63,739 bases of DNA from Octopus bimaculoides. Taxonomy: Eukaryota. The notes under the pieces were generated by a model. It was not told where the DNA came from. It did no database searches and saw only the letters and a list, made by a program, of their open reading frames with translations. The stretch is taken from the NCBI RefSeq assembly GCF_001194135.2, contig NC_068981.1, positions 37,906,616-37,970,354 of the forward strand. The letters are read 5' to 3'. A program made the translations under genes and the position numbers. This document shows positions 27,301-40,755 of the stretch, piece by piece; position 1 is the first letter of the stretch, and each line of letters starts with the position of its first letter.

Positions 27301-27480
27301 GAAGATGAAATGAAAGCTAGTGAAGTTAGTGAATTTTTGTTGTTGAGTGTGGGAATACAGTTTGTATCTGATGATGTACCGTCAAAGCATGTACACAAAA
27401 AGTTTTTCCATTGTTATTACTATATTTCACAGCACAAAGGCGAATCTCAGAATATTTTCTGGCAGAACTTGTGAAAATAA
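24380..27480 (-). mobile_element. Decayed Ty3/Gypsy LTR retrotransposon gag-pol (Cys-His box, protease, RT, RNase H, integrase in order)
   Basis: Minus-strand fragments: SCASCYYYLTICLAKRRICKQ (gag zinc knuckle, about 26.8 kb); LYNDDERYTVFQVSRCLFQFT...NVFQRVM and VHTYINDVV (RT, YxDD decayed, about 25.85 kb); VPLCAETDA (RNase H); SELKPQFFYP, IINEY*GFPFTFTCIDMTA, LIHSDQ and EVESLN (integrase DDE). No LTRs found. The 5' limit is approximate. Confidence 0.75.
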
Positions 27481-27924
27481 TTGTTACAGAGTTTTAACCA
27501 AATAAATTATCATGACAAGATATTTGGTGCCATAAAACAAATCATTTTATTTCTCTAAACCTTCTGATATTAGTATTCAGAATACAAGTGAAACATGTAC
27601 ACATTTATTGCAAATGGCTGGCTGCCAGCCAGCTTACGACTAGTGTATACCATAATGAAACTGGACCGATTTTGTAGATCTAATGAATATATTGCTTATG
27701 CATATACTCTCTCTCTTTCTCCCTCTCTCTCTCATACACACTCACATAAACATACATGCATATATATTAATTTTAGTAAATATATTTCACTAACGAGCAT
27801 ATTGTTATACAAACAAGCAACAGCAGTGTTAATTGTTTACAGCATTGTTCATTTGTAGATGATTCAGTTTAGGGTTAGGGTTACTAAACACTCCTGTGGA
27901 TAAAAATTTGTAAAACAAATCATG

Positions 27925-27979
<55 letters not shown>

Positions 27980-27995
27980 ATACACACTTACATGT

Positions 27996-28313
27996 ATGGT
28001 TCAGTGGTTTCAGTGATGAGCTGAGAATCATGAGGTAGTGACTTTGATTCCTGGCATGAGCTGTGTTGCGTTCTTGAGCAAGACACTGTATTTCATGTTG
28101 CTCCTGTTCACTCAGCTGTAGAAATGAGTTGCAGCATCATTGGTGCCAAGCTGTATTGGCCTTTGCCTTTCCCTTGGATAATACCAGTGGTGTGGAGAGG
28201 GAAGGCTGGTATGTATGGGTGACTGCTGGACTTCCATAAACAAATCTGCCTGGACTTGTGCCTCAGCAGGGAAATTCCTAGGTACAATCTCATGGTCATT
28301 CATGACTGGTACC
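27996..28313 (+). mobile_element. tRNA-derived SINE family F
   Basis: Head tggttcagtggtt...gactttgattcctggc, V-domain-like core gttcttgagcaagacactgtatttcatgttgctcc...cactcagctgtagaaatgagt. Related pieces at 16277-16320, 41053-41285 and 60480-60585. Confidence 0.7.
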
Positions 28314-28485
28314 ACCATCGGCTGTGCTACACTGTTATTTGAAAAATCCTCTGATATGTGGCTTTGGTGAATGATATATATATGTGTGTGTGTGTGTGTA
28401 TCATATTATATATTATATAAATAAAGTTAGATAAGGCTAGTTAATGGGATTACCCTGGCATTCATGTCCATAAACATTTAGCTTT

Positions 28486-28659
28486 TGCCCCTGGACTGGC
28501 TCATGTGCGGGCGACACATGAAACCTTTCGAGCGAGATCGTTGCCGGTGCCCCTGGGCTGGCTGTTGTGCGGGTGACACATGAGGTTTTTTGAGCGAGAT
28601 CATTGCCAGTGCCCCTGGACTGGCTCATGTGCGGGCGACATGAAATCTTTCGAGCGCCA
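28486..28659 (+). repeat. CpG-rich 62-bp tandem repeat (about 2.8 units) running into a gap
   Basis: tgcccctgg recurs at 28486, 28548 and 28610. Confidence 0.9.
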
Positions 28660-29477
28660 NNNNNNNNNNNNNNNNNNNNNNNNNNNNNNNNNNNNNNNNN
28701 NNNNNNNNNNNNNNNNNNNNNNNNNNNNNNNNNNNNNNNNNNNNNNNNNNNNNNNNNNNNNNNNNNNNNNNNNNNNNNNNNNNNNNNNNNNNNNNNNNNN
28801 NNNNNNNNNNNNNNNNNNNNNNNNNNNNNNNNNNNNNNNNNNNNNNNNNNNNNNNNNNNNNNNNNNNNNNNNNNNNNNNNNNNNNNNNNNNNNNNNNNNN
28901 NNNNNNNNNNNNNNNNNNNNNNNNNNNNNNNNNNNNNNNNNNNNNNNNNNNNNNNNNNNNNNNNNNNNNNNNNNNNNNNNNNNNNNNNNNNNNNNNNNNN
29001 NNNNNNNNNNNNNNNNNNNNNNNNNNNNNNNNNNNNNNNNNNNNNNNNNNNNNNNNNNNNNNNNNNNNNNNNNNNNNNNNNNNNNNNNNNNNNNNNNNNN
29101 NNNNNNNNNNNNNNNNNNNNNNNNNNNNNNNNNNNNNNNNNNNNNNNNNNNNNNNNNNNNNNNNNNNNNNNNNNNNNNNNNNNNNNNNNNNNNNNNNNNN
29201 NNNNNNNNNNNNNNNNNNNNNNNNNNNNNNNNNNNNNNNNNNNNNNNNNNNNNNNNNNNNNNNNNNNNNNNNNNNNNNNNNNNNNNNNNNNNNNNNNNNN
29301 NNNNNNNNNNNNNNNNNNNNNNNNNNNNNNNNNNNNNNNNNNNNNNNNNNNNNNNNNNNNNNNNNNNNNNNNNNNNNNNNNNNNNNNNNNNNNNNNNNNN
29401 NNNNNNNNNNNNNNNNNNNNNNNNNNNNNNNNNNNNNNNNNNNNNNNNNNNNNNNNNNNNNNNNNNNNNNNNNNNNN
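28660..29477. other. Assembly gap (N run)
   Basis: N run. Confidence 1.
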
Positions 29478-29539
<62 letters not shown>

Positions 29540-29779
29540 ACATATTTTACATATGTATATACATATATGTGCATACATACATTCATATGTATGTGTAATA
29601 TATATATATATATGCATATAGCAGTGATAAATATACACACCATTTGTCAACAAGCAAGATATATTCTCTGTGACAAAATGCAGTGAGTAGCTTGTTCCCC
29701 AGTTCAAACATGCATCAAGCATATTTGGACTTATAATAACATTACAATATATATGGCCAATGCCAGTGTTGCATGTCCA

Positions 29780-30142
29780 GCCCATTTAAGAGTACCCTTG
29801 ATGCATCGGCTGATATGATATGCTTGAGAAGTTCTGTTGAGTCAAGTAAAGCCAAAATTGCAGCTGTGGCCAGTGCCCCCTGACTGGCTCTCGTTCTGGT
29901 GGCATGTAAAATTCATCATTCAAATGTGGTCAGTGCCAGTGTCCTCTGACTGGCTCCTGTGACTGACATATAAAAAGCACCATCCAAATGTGGTCGATGC
30001 CAGGTCTGCCTGACTGACTCCCATGTCAGTGGCACATAAAAAGCACCATCTGAACGTGGCTGATGCCAGTACCCCCTGACTGGCTCCCATGCCAGTCACA
30101 CATAAAAAGCACTATCTGAACATGATTGATGCCAGGCCCACC
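29780..30142 (+). mobile_element. RTE 3' UTR-type repeat with about four 64-66 bp tandem units
   Basis: tgactggctc-like anchors at 29881, 29947, 30011 and 30077; the same unit is in the 60.0 and 61.9 kb copies. Confidence 0.75.
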
Positions 30143-30901
30143 TATGCAGTTATGATGATATGGAGTTGGCCTTCACGAGGTAGAGACCCAAGTACCACCT
30201 ATTTCTTGAAGTTGGAAACAATGGGCTTGTAACAACTTACCTCTGTGTAACAACTAGACCCGGTCTTCTTTACAAATGATAAAGAAGATTAAAGGGGAGG
30301 AAATAAGGCCTTATAAGTCCAACAACTGTTTCTGGGGGTTCAGTGATCCATTATAATGTTGGTTGATATACTTCATTACAATATACAAGTTGCAATCAAA
30401 ACTGGATAAAATGAGAGTCATCAGGGTAGAAAAGATCTTACATTTCAGGTCATAGTGCAGAGAATTTTGAAGGTGAAATGACTGAACCCCAAAATGTTCC
30501 CTATGTATATATAGGCAGGCTCCCCCATACACCATAAACCTTGGCATTTGTAAATTGTGTTTAAGGGAATTGCTATCTATCCTTTGGAAGCAAAACACCT
30601 CATTACTTAATAGATTCTTAGATGTAATACTCCCTTGTAAATACATGTTATACTCATTATTTGTCCATTGTATTAAATTTATGTAATCAAATAACTATGA
30701 TTATTCTTAGATATAATTAACCTTGGGGTACAACTAGGTTGTGCTAGCGACTTACCCCCTCCACTAATACCACCCTTTCTACTAAGTTAGTCCTCATGAT
30801 ACCTTTGCAAATTCCTCTTACCCACCACATCCCACCTCCCTCATGGCCTTTCCCCATTATACATACAACATACACACATACATATATGTATACACACACA
30901 A

Positions 30902-30938
<37 letters not shown>

Positions 30939-31214
30939 GAGAGAGAGGGAGGAAAAGGCAGAGAGGGAGAGATATAACAAGGATACAAACTTGTACGTAT
31001 ATATTTTTGATCAGGAAAAATAGATTTAATAGAAATGTATTTTATTTCACTTCATCCTGACATCTCATTACATAAGATTATGTCCACACTTCTGCCTTAT
31101 TTACAAATATCTACACTTTCAAAAATATCTGCTATTTCATTTTCATTGAAGATTACTCCTGATTTAGAACAATATACATTGGGAGTATGAAAGAAATTGT
31201 GTCAACTTCTTGAA

Positions 31215-31348
31215 ATTCTGAGTTCAAATAGCCTCTAAGTCATCATTCCCTTTCATCCTTTCAGGGCCGATAAAATATAATACCAGTCAAGTATTGAGGT
31301 CAGAGAAAGCAACCACCCCACCACTCCAATCTCTTGCCTTGCATCAAA
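31215..31348 (+). mobile_element. SINE family A, degenerate
   Basis: ttctgagttcaaata...ccctttcatcctttcagggccgataaaatataataccagtc. Confidence 0.7.
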
Positions 31349-31715
31349 GTTTAAACAATTATTACTTTTGAGAATGAAGGGAAATTTCTTTAATGCATCT
31401 TTCTTGAACATAGATCAAAGCTACAGTTTCTTATCCTTCTAAACATCGTATACAATGAAAAACAAATTGTAATAACAATGTTTGTGAGTGGAATTTCAGA
31501 TATTGTACATCATGTCCTTTTTTTCTTTTTGCTTTTACAATAAATATGAAATATATAAGATAGATATATAAACATGAATATAAAGAATAATAATGATGAT
31601 GATGATGTTGATAGGGGTGATGGTGGTGATGAGGTGGTGACTGTGGTGGTAGTGGTCATCGTTGCTGTTGTCAGCATCATCATTGTCTCCACGGTGGTCA
31701 GGATAATGATGATGT

Positions 31716-31746
<31 letters not shown>

Positions 31747-34174
31747 GTTGATGGTAGTAATGGTGGTGCTGCTGCTACTGATGATGAAAAAATAGAAATT
31801 GATAAGCAAAGGAACTAAAGGAATCTATTTTCTTTCTTTTAGGTTGAAGAAAATCAACTTCTCGCTGCTGAATTTTCTTGAAGAAAATATTGAATTCTTT
31901 GTAGTTCACCTGTTTTATTACTAACGATTGCAACAACGTTTCTTCTTCATCTTTTCTATCATGAGTCTTTGATGTCTATGTCTTGCAGTGACTCTATGAC
32001 AATCCTGTCAAGTTGTTAGATATATTTTTTCTTTACTATGTTATCTATTTTAGTTCTATTTATTAATCTCTCAATATATTTTTCTTCATTCAGCCCTAAA
32101 CCATCCTGAGGCATACAGATTTTGACACGCTGAAAAATAATTGTTTGTGAAATTGCTATTTCTGAAGAAACAGGGAAACAAATTCAGCTTCTGAAATTGA
32201 AATAGAGTTTAAAAAAAAAGACAAGAACCAAAAAATATTTTCAAAAATGAAAGCCTTCAAATACTTGTATCTATACAAATAAATACATAATATACATTAT
32301 TGAACATTAATTCTACCATAGCAGTCATAATGTTTCATGTATTGGTATAATACTTCTTTTTTCACAACATAACTTTATATAAACGGTTCCAACAGTAATA
32401 AAATTAGTTGGACATATTCCTTTTATCATCAAAGGACTTTAGATTAACACGCCATATTGATATTGATATATCTCAGTCTTTGTCAATCAATCAGTCAGTC
32501 ATCATCATCGTTGTCATCATCGTCATCATCGTCGTTGTCACCGTTGTTGTCGTCGTTATCATCATCATCATCATCATTATCATCATCAACAACAACAACA
32601 ATAGCAATAAAAACAACAGCACTATTATAAGTTGGACAATTACTATTGCCACATCATCATTATGATAAAAATTATCATGACCATCAATACTACAATCTAA
32701 CTTACTGTTTTCTTTATTGGCAGTTTAAGTACCACCACCATCACCACCACCACTACTACTGCTGTCATCATATTAACTATTAGTATTTATAATAGTAGCT
32801 TTTATCTTTTATTTTTGTAAAGCAGTCTGTAAATAAACTCTTACTTGGTGAGATTCAAATAATTGTCAAATATTTAAGTTTCAGTCTAGGTTTGCAAAAC
32901 TTACTTCAAAATTGTTTGGTTTAGTCAGTAATGCTGTAAGTTGGATGACACTATAAATAATGATTTATCTCTTTAATACCTGAACTTTATATTTTCCACA
33001 TTTTACTTATGTGTAAGTTAAAAAGATAAAAAGAGAAATGTGTGAAATAAATAACGATACTATTGCAAAAAATATATATAGGCTTGCTAAGGACTCGAAC
33101 AAATGTTATTTTCGTGAGCAAGTTTGAATATGTGATAATGTCCTCTTTTCCCTGTTCATTGGTTGTCAACCCAAAGCTTGGATGTCTGTTGACATAGGGA
33201 TAACAGTGACCCATCGGAGAAATGAAACCTGCGAGGTAGAATGGCTCCTGCAGTGTGTTGCTGGCTATTTACCACAGCAATGCCATTATGGTCATTACAG
33301 CAGGGTGCAGCTGAGCACATCATTTGTTCAGGGGTACATGGCACGCCGGCTCCTCTCCCTCCATCTTCTGCTGTTTTATCATCCTCCCCTTACTTTTTCT
33401 TTTCTTTCTTATCCTTTCTTCCCTCTCTTTTTGCATGTTCCTTTCTATTTAAATAATTAATGTTTATTATTTAAAGAAAAAAGTTTTAATATACAGAACT
33501 ATTACTGTATAAGGCATTGTAGGTCTGAGCATGAAGCCAAGATTCACCCAGTTTTCACCAAATTTATGATAAAAGTTTTGGATTATGACTTTGGTTTTGT
33601 ATTAATTTGTAATATTTTCTTTTGTATGTGTAGATAAATTTCTATCTGGTTCGTATGAGTTTTTTTCTGAATTATTTTCTGATATTGTTTTTGCAGCTTC
33701 ACTTTCATTATTATATGTTAGTTCTTTAATTAAAACATGTTTCAAATTAATGAGATTAAGCCCATTTTTCTCGTGTAATATATTATTTTAAATATAGCAA
33801 TACCTAATTTTTTTTATAGTACATAATATGCTTTCAAGTAATTAATTTAGATTATGTCCATACTTTTTTCTAAATTTTTTATAGTACATAACATGTTATC
33901 TTAGTTGTTATAAAATTTTTATAATCAATTTGCTGAGTTTTAAGGTATGTGTAATTCACTCTCAATAGTTTCCTTACACTACTTAAGCTATTTCTCTTAT
34001 TCTTTCCATTTAAGCTTTCCCACAGACACATATACTCAAATACACACATACACCCACACACACATGCATACACACACTTACACATGCATATGCATATAAT
34101 GGTCTTTTACTATAGTCCTAAGTATTGGCTGTACAGGAGCAATAGTAGAAAATGCTTACCTAAGGGCCTATGTA

Positions 34175-34337
34175 TGAATAAATGAAGGGCTTCTGCACAG
34201 TTTCCATCCTCAGAATTCCACTCTCAAGGCATTGGTAAATATAAGGCTATGGTAGAAGGCAGGTGCTAACAAGTGAGATTGAACCCAGATTCATATGTTT
34301 AGAGAGTGAATTTCTTAACCATACAATCTTTCCTGTG
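34175..34337 (-). mobile_element. SINE family B head, degenerate
   Basis: Reverse-complement similarity to 58931-59101. Confidence 0.6.
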
Positions 34338-35044
34338 TCAGAGACATTAGAATCAGGTATTTTAAATGCAAACTGATACAAAAAAGTAAATAAATAAATG
34401 AATAAATTTCTAAGTTCTTTAATTTGAGGACATGACAGAAATATGATGATGCATATAACTTTTTAAACTCGAGTACCAAAGATTGATCAAACACTTTTTA
34501 CTTTTACTTCATAATACAGAGAGTGGAATTAGAAAGAGGATTAAGTTATTTAGTTGTAAAACTGCTATGATTGCAAACAATCATACAAACGTCGAAATTT
34601 GAAAACTAACTCATCTATGCCATTATAAAGAAAGAGATATTCTATTCAAACACAACACACACATATACTTTCATGCATGCAAACCCACATACTTATAAAT
34701 ATACATATACAAACACAGACACACATGTGCATATAAATGTATTCACACAGAAAGAGAAAAGGAATGAAATAGGGAAATGGAAAATAAAAATTGAGGATAT
34801 TACAGATATCTAACTTCAAAGAAGTATTTTGAATAACTAACCAGTGACAGGATTATATAGAATTTGCCTGTTAAAATGATGATAATGAAAGACATTATGT
34901 TGATGATAATAGTATTGATAAGGTGTGGAAACAAGAAATATAATGATTCATTACACCAATGACATTAGCTTAAAAAAACAGGTTTCCTTTAAATTTTAAT
35001 GTTAGAATTTATCATCCTTGTTGAGTGTGAGTTTCTGCAATTAG

Positions 35045-35135
35045 TAACAACAACAACAACAACAACAGCAGCAGCAACAGCAACAACAACAACAACCACA
35101 GCAGCAGCAACAACAACAACAACAACAATAATGAT
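35045..35135. repeat. (CAA/CAG)n microsatellite
   Basis: Direct reading; no flanking ORF or splice support. Confidence 0.9.
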
Positions 35136-36200
35136 AAAAGCGAAGAAAGTGAAAAGAAGTATATGAGATTCACACTTAGTTGTCAGGTTTGTCTTTTATC
35201 TACAAGAATATCTGACTAGCTACCTAGCTTACATTCTAACACTTTGTTCTTATCTATGGCTGTCATCACTGGTTGTCATCACAACCAGTCTACAGCTATG
35301 AGTCATGGATTGCATCCAATCCAGCATGCATATGGAACATCTCTGATACCATCTGCATTAACAGACAAGGACTACGTAGCTTATCTGGACTGAGACAATT
35401 TTATTGAACCAGACATGGTCTAATAAATGCATGAGACTTTGGCAACATGACAAATCTCTGCCTATCAATTTGTATGAAAATAAATTAAATGTATAAAATA
35501 AGAGAAATATCTTGACAATAATGCAAAGGTAAATAAATTAATACTGCAATAACTTAAGGGGCTTACATTTCTACGTATGGAAGTAAATGACAAACAAGCC
35601 TGCCTTACTACTGCAACAAAGTAACTGCTGACATTATTCATCCTTTAAGCAAGCATTGCATAAATTTACATCAACTATTTCTTTCACGTGTTAAATAGTT
35701 GTCTAGTTAAGTTGCTGCACTATCACCAATCCAAGGGTCATAGGATCTAATACTGCTTTTGGCTTGGTTTCAAATTCTATAGTGAAGAATATTTCCTGGT
35801 TTGGACTTAATTGAAAGATAATTACTTACTCAATTTTATAATTATGTATTCAGAGTGAGGAAGTTCCAGGACACTCTTATTCCTATTGATAAATGGTGCA
35901 AAACTGGTGGTTGAGTGAAAGTCTTTGATTATTCTTTACGGGTTCCAATTACATATATACAATAAGCTTTCTTTAATGTTTCTTGAAAGTACAATGAATC
36001 CTAATATGCTTTATTTCTTCTATAACAAATATTCTGAGAATTCTAACTTGTATTTAAAACTGTTCTCCTATGCAGAGATGATATTTCTTTATTTCATATG
36101 CATGTAATTATTTTGAAACTGGTGTCAGACACTAGCTTTAATAGTTCTCACAGTAGAAATGAATTGTCTTTACTCTGTCATATATGTGCCAAGCTGAAAG

Positions 36201-36305
36201 GAGAGAAAGAGAGAGAGAGAGAGAGTGAGAGAGAGTGAGAGAGAGAGAGGAGAGAAAGTGAGAGAGAGAGGGAGATAGAGAGAGATAGAGAGAGTGAGAG
36301 AGAGG

Positions 36306-36350
<45 letters not shown>
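36201..36350. repeat. (GA)n microsatellite
   Basis: Direct reading. Confidence 0.95.
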
Positions 36351-36355
<5 letters not shown>

Positions 36356-38734
36356 TCTGCTCAGTTAACATATTTAATGAGGTAGAGTTTATTAGGTTAT
36401 TATTATATTTATCCTTATTGGTAGGTTGAAAACATGGTTTTTTAGAATAGTTTTAAATGTCTAACTCTCATTATTAAAAATGAATTAAAGACTTTACATC
36501 GTGCAAGAAATATTCAATGAGAGCCAATAACTCAAAATCTCTTTGTTTCATTTATGAATAGCATGATCTCTACTTGTTTTCAGGATCTTTGCTGCTATAA
36601 AATTAAAAGTTGTATCTACATCCCGTTGCTTGTTTGCTGGAAAAGAGATATTTTAGATTAATGAAAATTACTTCTTTGAACTTTAGTTTGCATATCTTGT
36701 AACAGTTGCCAGCACATTATAACAAGGAAAGAAAGATGTAACTGTGACAGATCTTCAAGTTTAAAAATTCTCATTTTCCTATTGTAAATGTGAGCTCAGC
36801 CTTAATTGGTGAATTGAGTCTACACAGAGATTACTCTGTATAACACAGAGAAGGATTGATAATACATTTTCAATCAGCTAATAATCATTTTATCCATCAT
36901 ACTTAAAAATATTTACAAACGATACTTACAAAAAATTACTGAAAAGTATTTGTAAGTATTTGTTTGAGTGAAAATTCAAATTATTGAAAAGACTATAATT
37001 TTCTTAAATTGAAACTACATGGCTTACATATAATAGAAATTATATCTAAATAATCTTTACAGATAACATATCTATATGTATTGTGTCTATTTCTGAGAGA
37101 GCATAGGGAAAGACATCTACAAAGGAAAATTGTTCTGCTGACAGTTTCAAAAGAAATCAATTTAAGTTTAATGCAGAAAGGTAAGAAAACATGCACACAC
37201 GCACACACACACACATACACACACACACTCGCAGACACACACACATGCAGACACACACACATGCACACACACACACCATTATAACTGTGATGTCTTATTG
37301 CAGCAGCATTGAATCAATACTGTTTAGCTTCACTGTAAAACAGTGCTGGACTATATTCTAGATGACTTGTTTGTAATCCAGTTAGTCTCAGTCAAACAGC
37401 TCTGTGACCATAGATGTTTCATTTGTGACCACCTTGCCATTTGTTCCAGGCACAGTGTATTTTGGATTACATTATAAAATTTCTTTTTCTATGACAAGAT
37501 ATTCCAATTGTTTGTTGCTATTGAAGTAGTAGTAGTTGTTCTGTTGTTTAACCCCCAAGTCTGTCTGACTGAAGAAACTTGTGATCAAAGGTATTTCAGC
37601 CACAACCCTTATGTCCTTTTTAGGGAATGTTGAACTCTATTATCCTGTGTGTCCTTAAGATGGCTGATCCAGCAGTGCTTTTCTTTTTTGCAGATTAAGC
37701 AACCATGTAGAAGCATCCTTGTTTAGTCATGTTTCAATTAATGACATACATTAGTGCTTTAGTGCAAGGTATCCACCTGAATATGAAGCAATATAGATTT
37801 CACACATTGAGATAATATTGAGTTTGCGGATTGTGTTGAGTTCATAAAATAATAGATGTGTAGAGGTTTATGTATCCATGCAGACATGCATCGTATGTTC
37901 ACTAGAATGTGAAATAGCAAATTTTAAAATTACCTCCAATATTTGTTCTTCTTTTCAAATCCATATATCAAGATTTCTATATCTTTATCTACAAAGAAAT
38001 TAAAAGAAAGTGAAGAAAAATTATTCAAAAGTCTTTCATTTTATCAATACTAAATATGTTTAAATCCAAATCTTAATTTAATTTTGTTTCCATCAGACTT
38101 CTTTATTTTCCATATGAAGAACAAAAAGAAATAAAATTTTTAAAAGTGAACTAAAATTGTAAGAATATGTTTTACAGACAATGGCAACAGAATTTAAAAG
38201 AATGCATGCGGAGATTGCTTATCAAATTTATAAACAATTTTATTCTAATTTTAATCTTCATTATTAAATTGCTCTGTATTTCAACTGGTTACAAAATGTC
38301 TGAAACAGAAACTTCCAAGATAATATTACAATTAAAAGAAAAAAGTTAAGAAGATAATTTGGTTAAAACTGGATTGTAAATTACTTTGGCATGGAAAAAA
38401 CAATTTCAATTTATATTCAATACTGTCACTATTATTTTCTTTGGTCAGATAGAAACAAAAGAAAAATATTTATGAAAATTGTTTTTAAATAATTAAAGAA
38501 TTTTGAATATCCTTTAATAATGATAATAAACTTTATTATATTACACCAATTTTATTTTCAATTTTTCCCCTCAAAACATTTTATATGTTATTAACTTCGA
38601 ATGCCTGTGAAATATAGATAGTTATCTAACTGAGTATTATGACATTTTTGAAATTGCCAAAGGTTATTGAAAATTAAAAAGTAGTTGCAGTAGTATTGCC
38701 ACTTATAGAAGTATTAATAATAAGATGAGGCAAT

Positions 38735-38744
38735 AGTAATAATA

Positions 38745-38805
<61 letters not shown>

Positions 38806-38835
38806 TAATAACAACAACAACAATAAGGATAATCA
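38735..38835. repeat. (AAT)n microsatellite
   Basis: Direct reading. Confidence 0.95.
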
Positions 38836-39840
38836 TGATAATATGTATTAGAAAATCCAATTTTAGGTGGAAATTACATTTCTCAAGCAGTTTCAGGAAA
38901 TTCAAAATTCAAGTAATTGTTCTCATCTACTTATGTAGATTATTGTAGAAAACTGTTATTGAATAAATTGTAAAGAAAAAAATTACCTAGAATCAATGAA
39001 TAATGGAATCGTGTTGGTGATTTTTTGTGGGAAGTGAAGGGGTGAAAATATAAGATAGCTGCCTTTTTATTGAGTAAAATAGTTATGAATGCATATATGG
39101 TATAAGAAAATATTAGAAAATTAGAAAAAAAAAAGCAATGAGATTACAAAGAAATAGAACAAAAATAAATCTACAGAAACCAAATTTCAGTTTATAAATA
39201 GTTTTATTTTCTTACCTCTTTTATTAGTAATTTTTTTTCCCGCATTTGAAAAGCAATCATGCCATCATTATTGAAAACCAGAGAGATTGACTAACAGAAA
39301 ATTTGGAATAAAATTTTAAATTGATATACACAGCTAACAAAGATATTTTTCAAGTAGCATCCACTCATAATTAGCCCTAGATTGACTGATGATTGTATTT
39401 TGTATAGATTTCTTTAAAATAATTGACTTCAGAAGAATGTTAAGTTAAAATATCCTGATAAATTATCCTGAACTTATTATTATTGTCCACAATTCACAGC
39501 CATAATTATCACAACACATTATAATGGCTTCATCTTTGTAATACTATGAAATAGAGTGTGTTTCATAAATAATTCTTTGTTGAAAATTTCTCTCTTAAAT
39601 TCTTTTATACATGAAGCATAGCTTTCAAAGATCTAATCCAGCTACTTCAATTCAATTTCTTTTATAATATGCTTGTTTCTTGAATCTTTGCTAACCCAAA
39701 AGCTATCTTACTAGAGTACTGCTAATCTATGAATCAATAAGTGAAGTTCCAACAGGTTGAAAATATAGCACCATCATATCAGATCCCACCATCTAAAGGA
39801 AGAGCCCATTAAGGTAGTCATTGATATACAGTCTGAATAA

Positions 39841-40755
39841 AAAATCAAAAGTTTAAATCAAAGTCATTGTTTCTATTGTATGCACAAACCAATATTTCTA
39901 ATATTCAAATGCATTTCTAGTTTGCTTACAAATGCTCCAACTACCTTAAAACACCCGATGGATTATATACAGTTGATATTTTATGCAAGCCAAATCTGTC
40001 AGGATCCACTTGAGCAGATATACAGATATACTGGAATACTTGTGATCAAAGGTCTGTTCAGTTAGAGGTTACTTAGGATCAGTAACAGCAACTGCTCAGA
40101 TAACTTATTCAGATGACATGGGTGAGTATATTAATAACTGATCATATATCTGGGGCATAGAAGCTGCTATATGCACTCAGGTATCCTAGACTGCATTGCA
40201 AAAAAGCCTGTTGACTGATTAATAAGCCTTTACTGAACATGCTACAACCACTGTCTTACTGATCCACTATCACTACTATCTGTCTCTCAAATATTTATAA
40301 CAACTGATCTAGCTTTTGTACACTAGCTTGCATTGTATATTAAAAAAAACCCCATCTCTTCTCTACTCAAAAATGCTACTGATTTTCACTTCAGAAGCTC
40401 AATAGTAATAAATTATTAGACCCTTCATGTTCATTATTGTAACTCTATGGAAACTCTCTCTGCCCTTACTTTTCCTTCAGGAATCAAGCAGTAGGAGTTT
40501 AAGAATATCAACCACATGAATGTTACCAGACTCAGAAATACTATAAAATGGCTAAATAGATAGTTTTTAAAAAAAATCAAATGTTTAAATCAAATCCATT
40601 GTTTCTCTTGTATGCACAAACCAATATCTCTAATATTCAAATGCTTTTCTAGCTTGCTTACAAATGCTCCAACTACCTTAAAAGACCCAGTGGATTATAT
40701 ATAGTTGATATTATATGCAAGCCAAATCTGTCACAATCCACTTGAACAAATATAC
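39841..40755. repeat. ~185-bp direct duplication (39841-40025 and 40571-40755)
   Basis: Both copies run aaaatcaaa.gtttaaatcaaa...tatgcacaaaccaatat...caaatctgtc...atccacttga. Confidence 0.9.
40040..40525 (+). mobile_element. CR1-type LINE ORF2 3' end remnant
   Basis: Decayed HI.GA...LD.I.KKA..LIN..L...LQPL and LW.SL...FP motifs across frameshifts. Confidence 0.45.

Noticed and set aside
27869-27883. Interstitial telomeric TTAGGG repeat
   Set aside because: Only 2.5 units, expected by chance.
28437-29785. Long ORFs of 331-386 aa
   Set aside because: Mostly X residues from the 818-N gap plus repeat sequence.
28486-30142. CRISPR-like regularly spaced repeats
   Set aside because: Whole 62-66 bp units repeat with no unique spacers, there are no cas genes, and the context is a eukaryotic retroelement.
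30311-30646. ORF with a faint Tc1-like MVYGG...QNSLHY segment
   Set aside because: No FQQDNA or SPDLNPIE motif could be recovered in any frame.
31843-31925. Strong acceptor followed by VEENQLLAAEFS* as a terminal exon
   Set aside because: No upstream partner exon or recognisable protein, and all frames close quickly.
33156-33460. GC-richer island with short ORFs on both strands
   Set aside because: No recognisable domain and no consistent splice boundaries.
35045-35135. PolyQ coding repeat
   Set aside because: No enclosing ORF or splice sites; an ordinary microsatellite.
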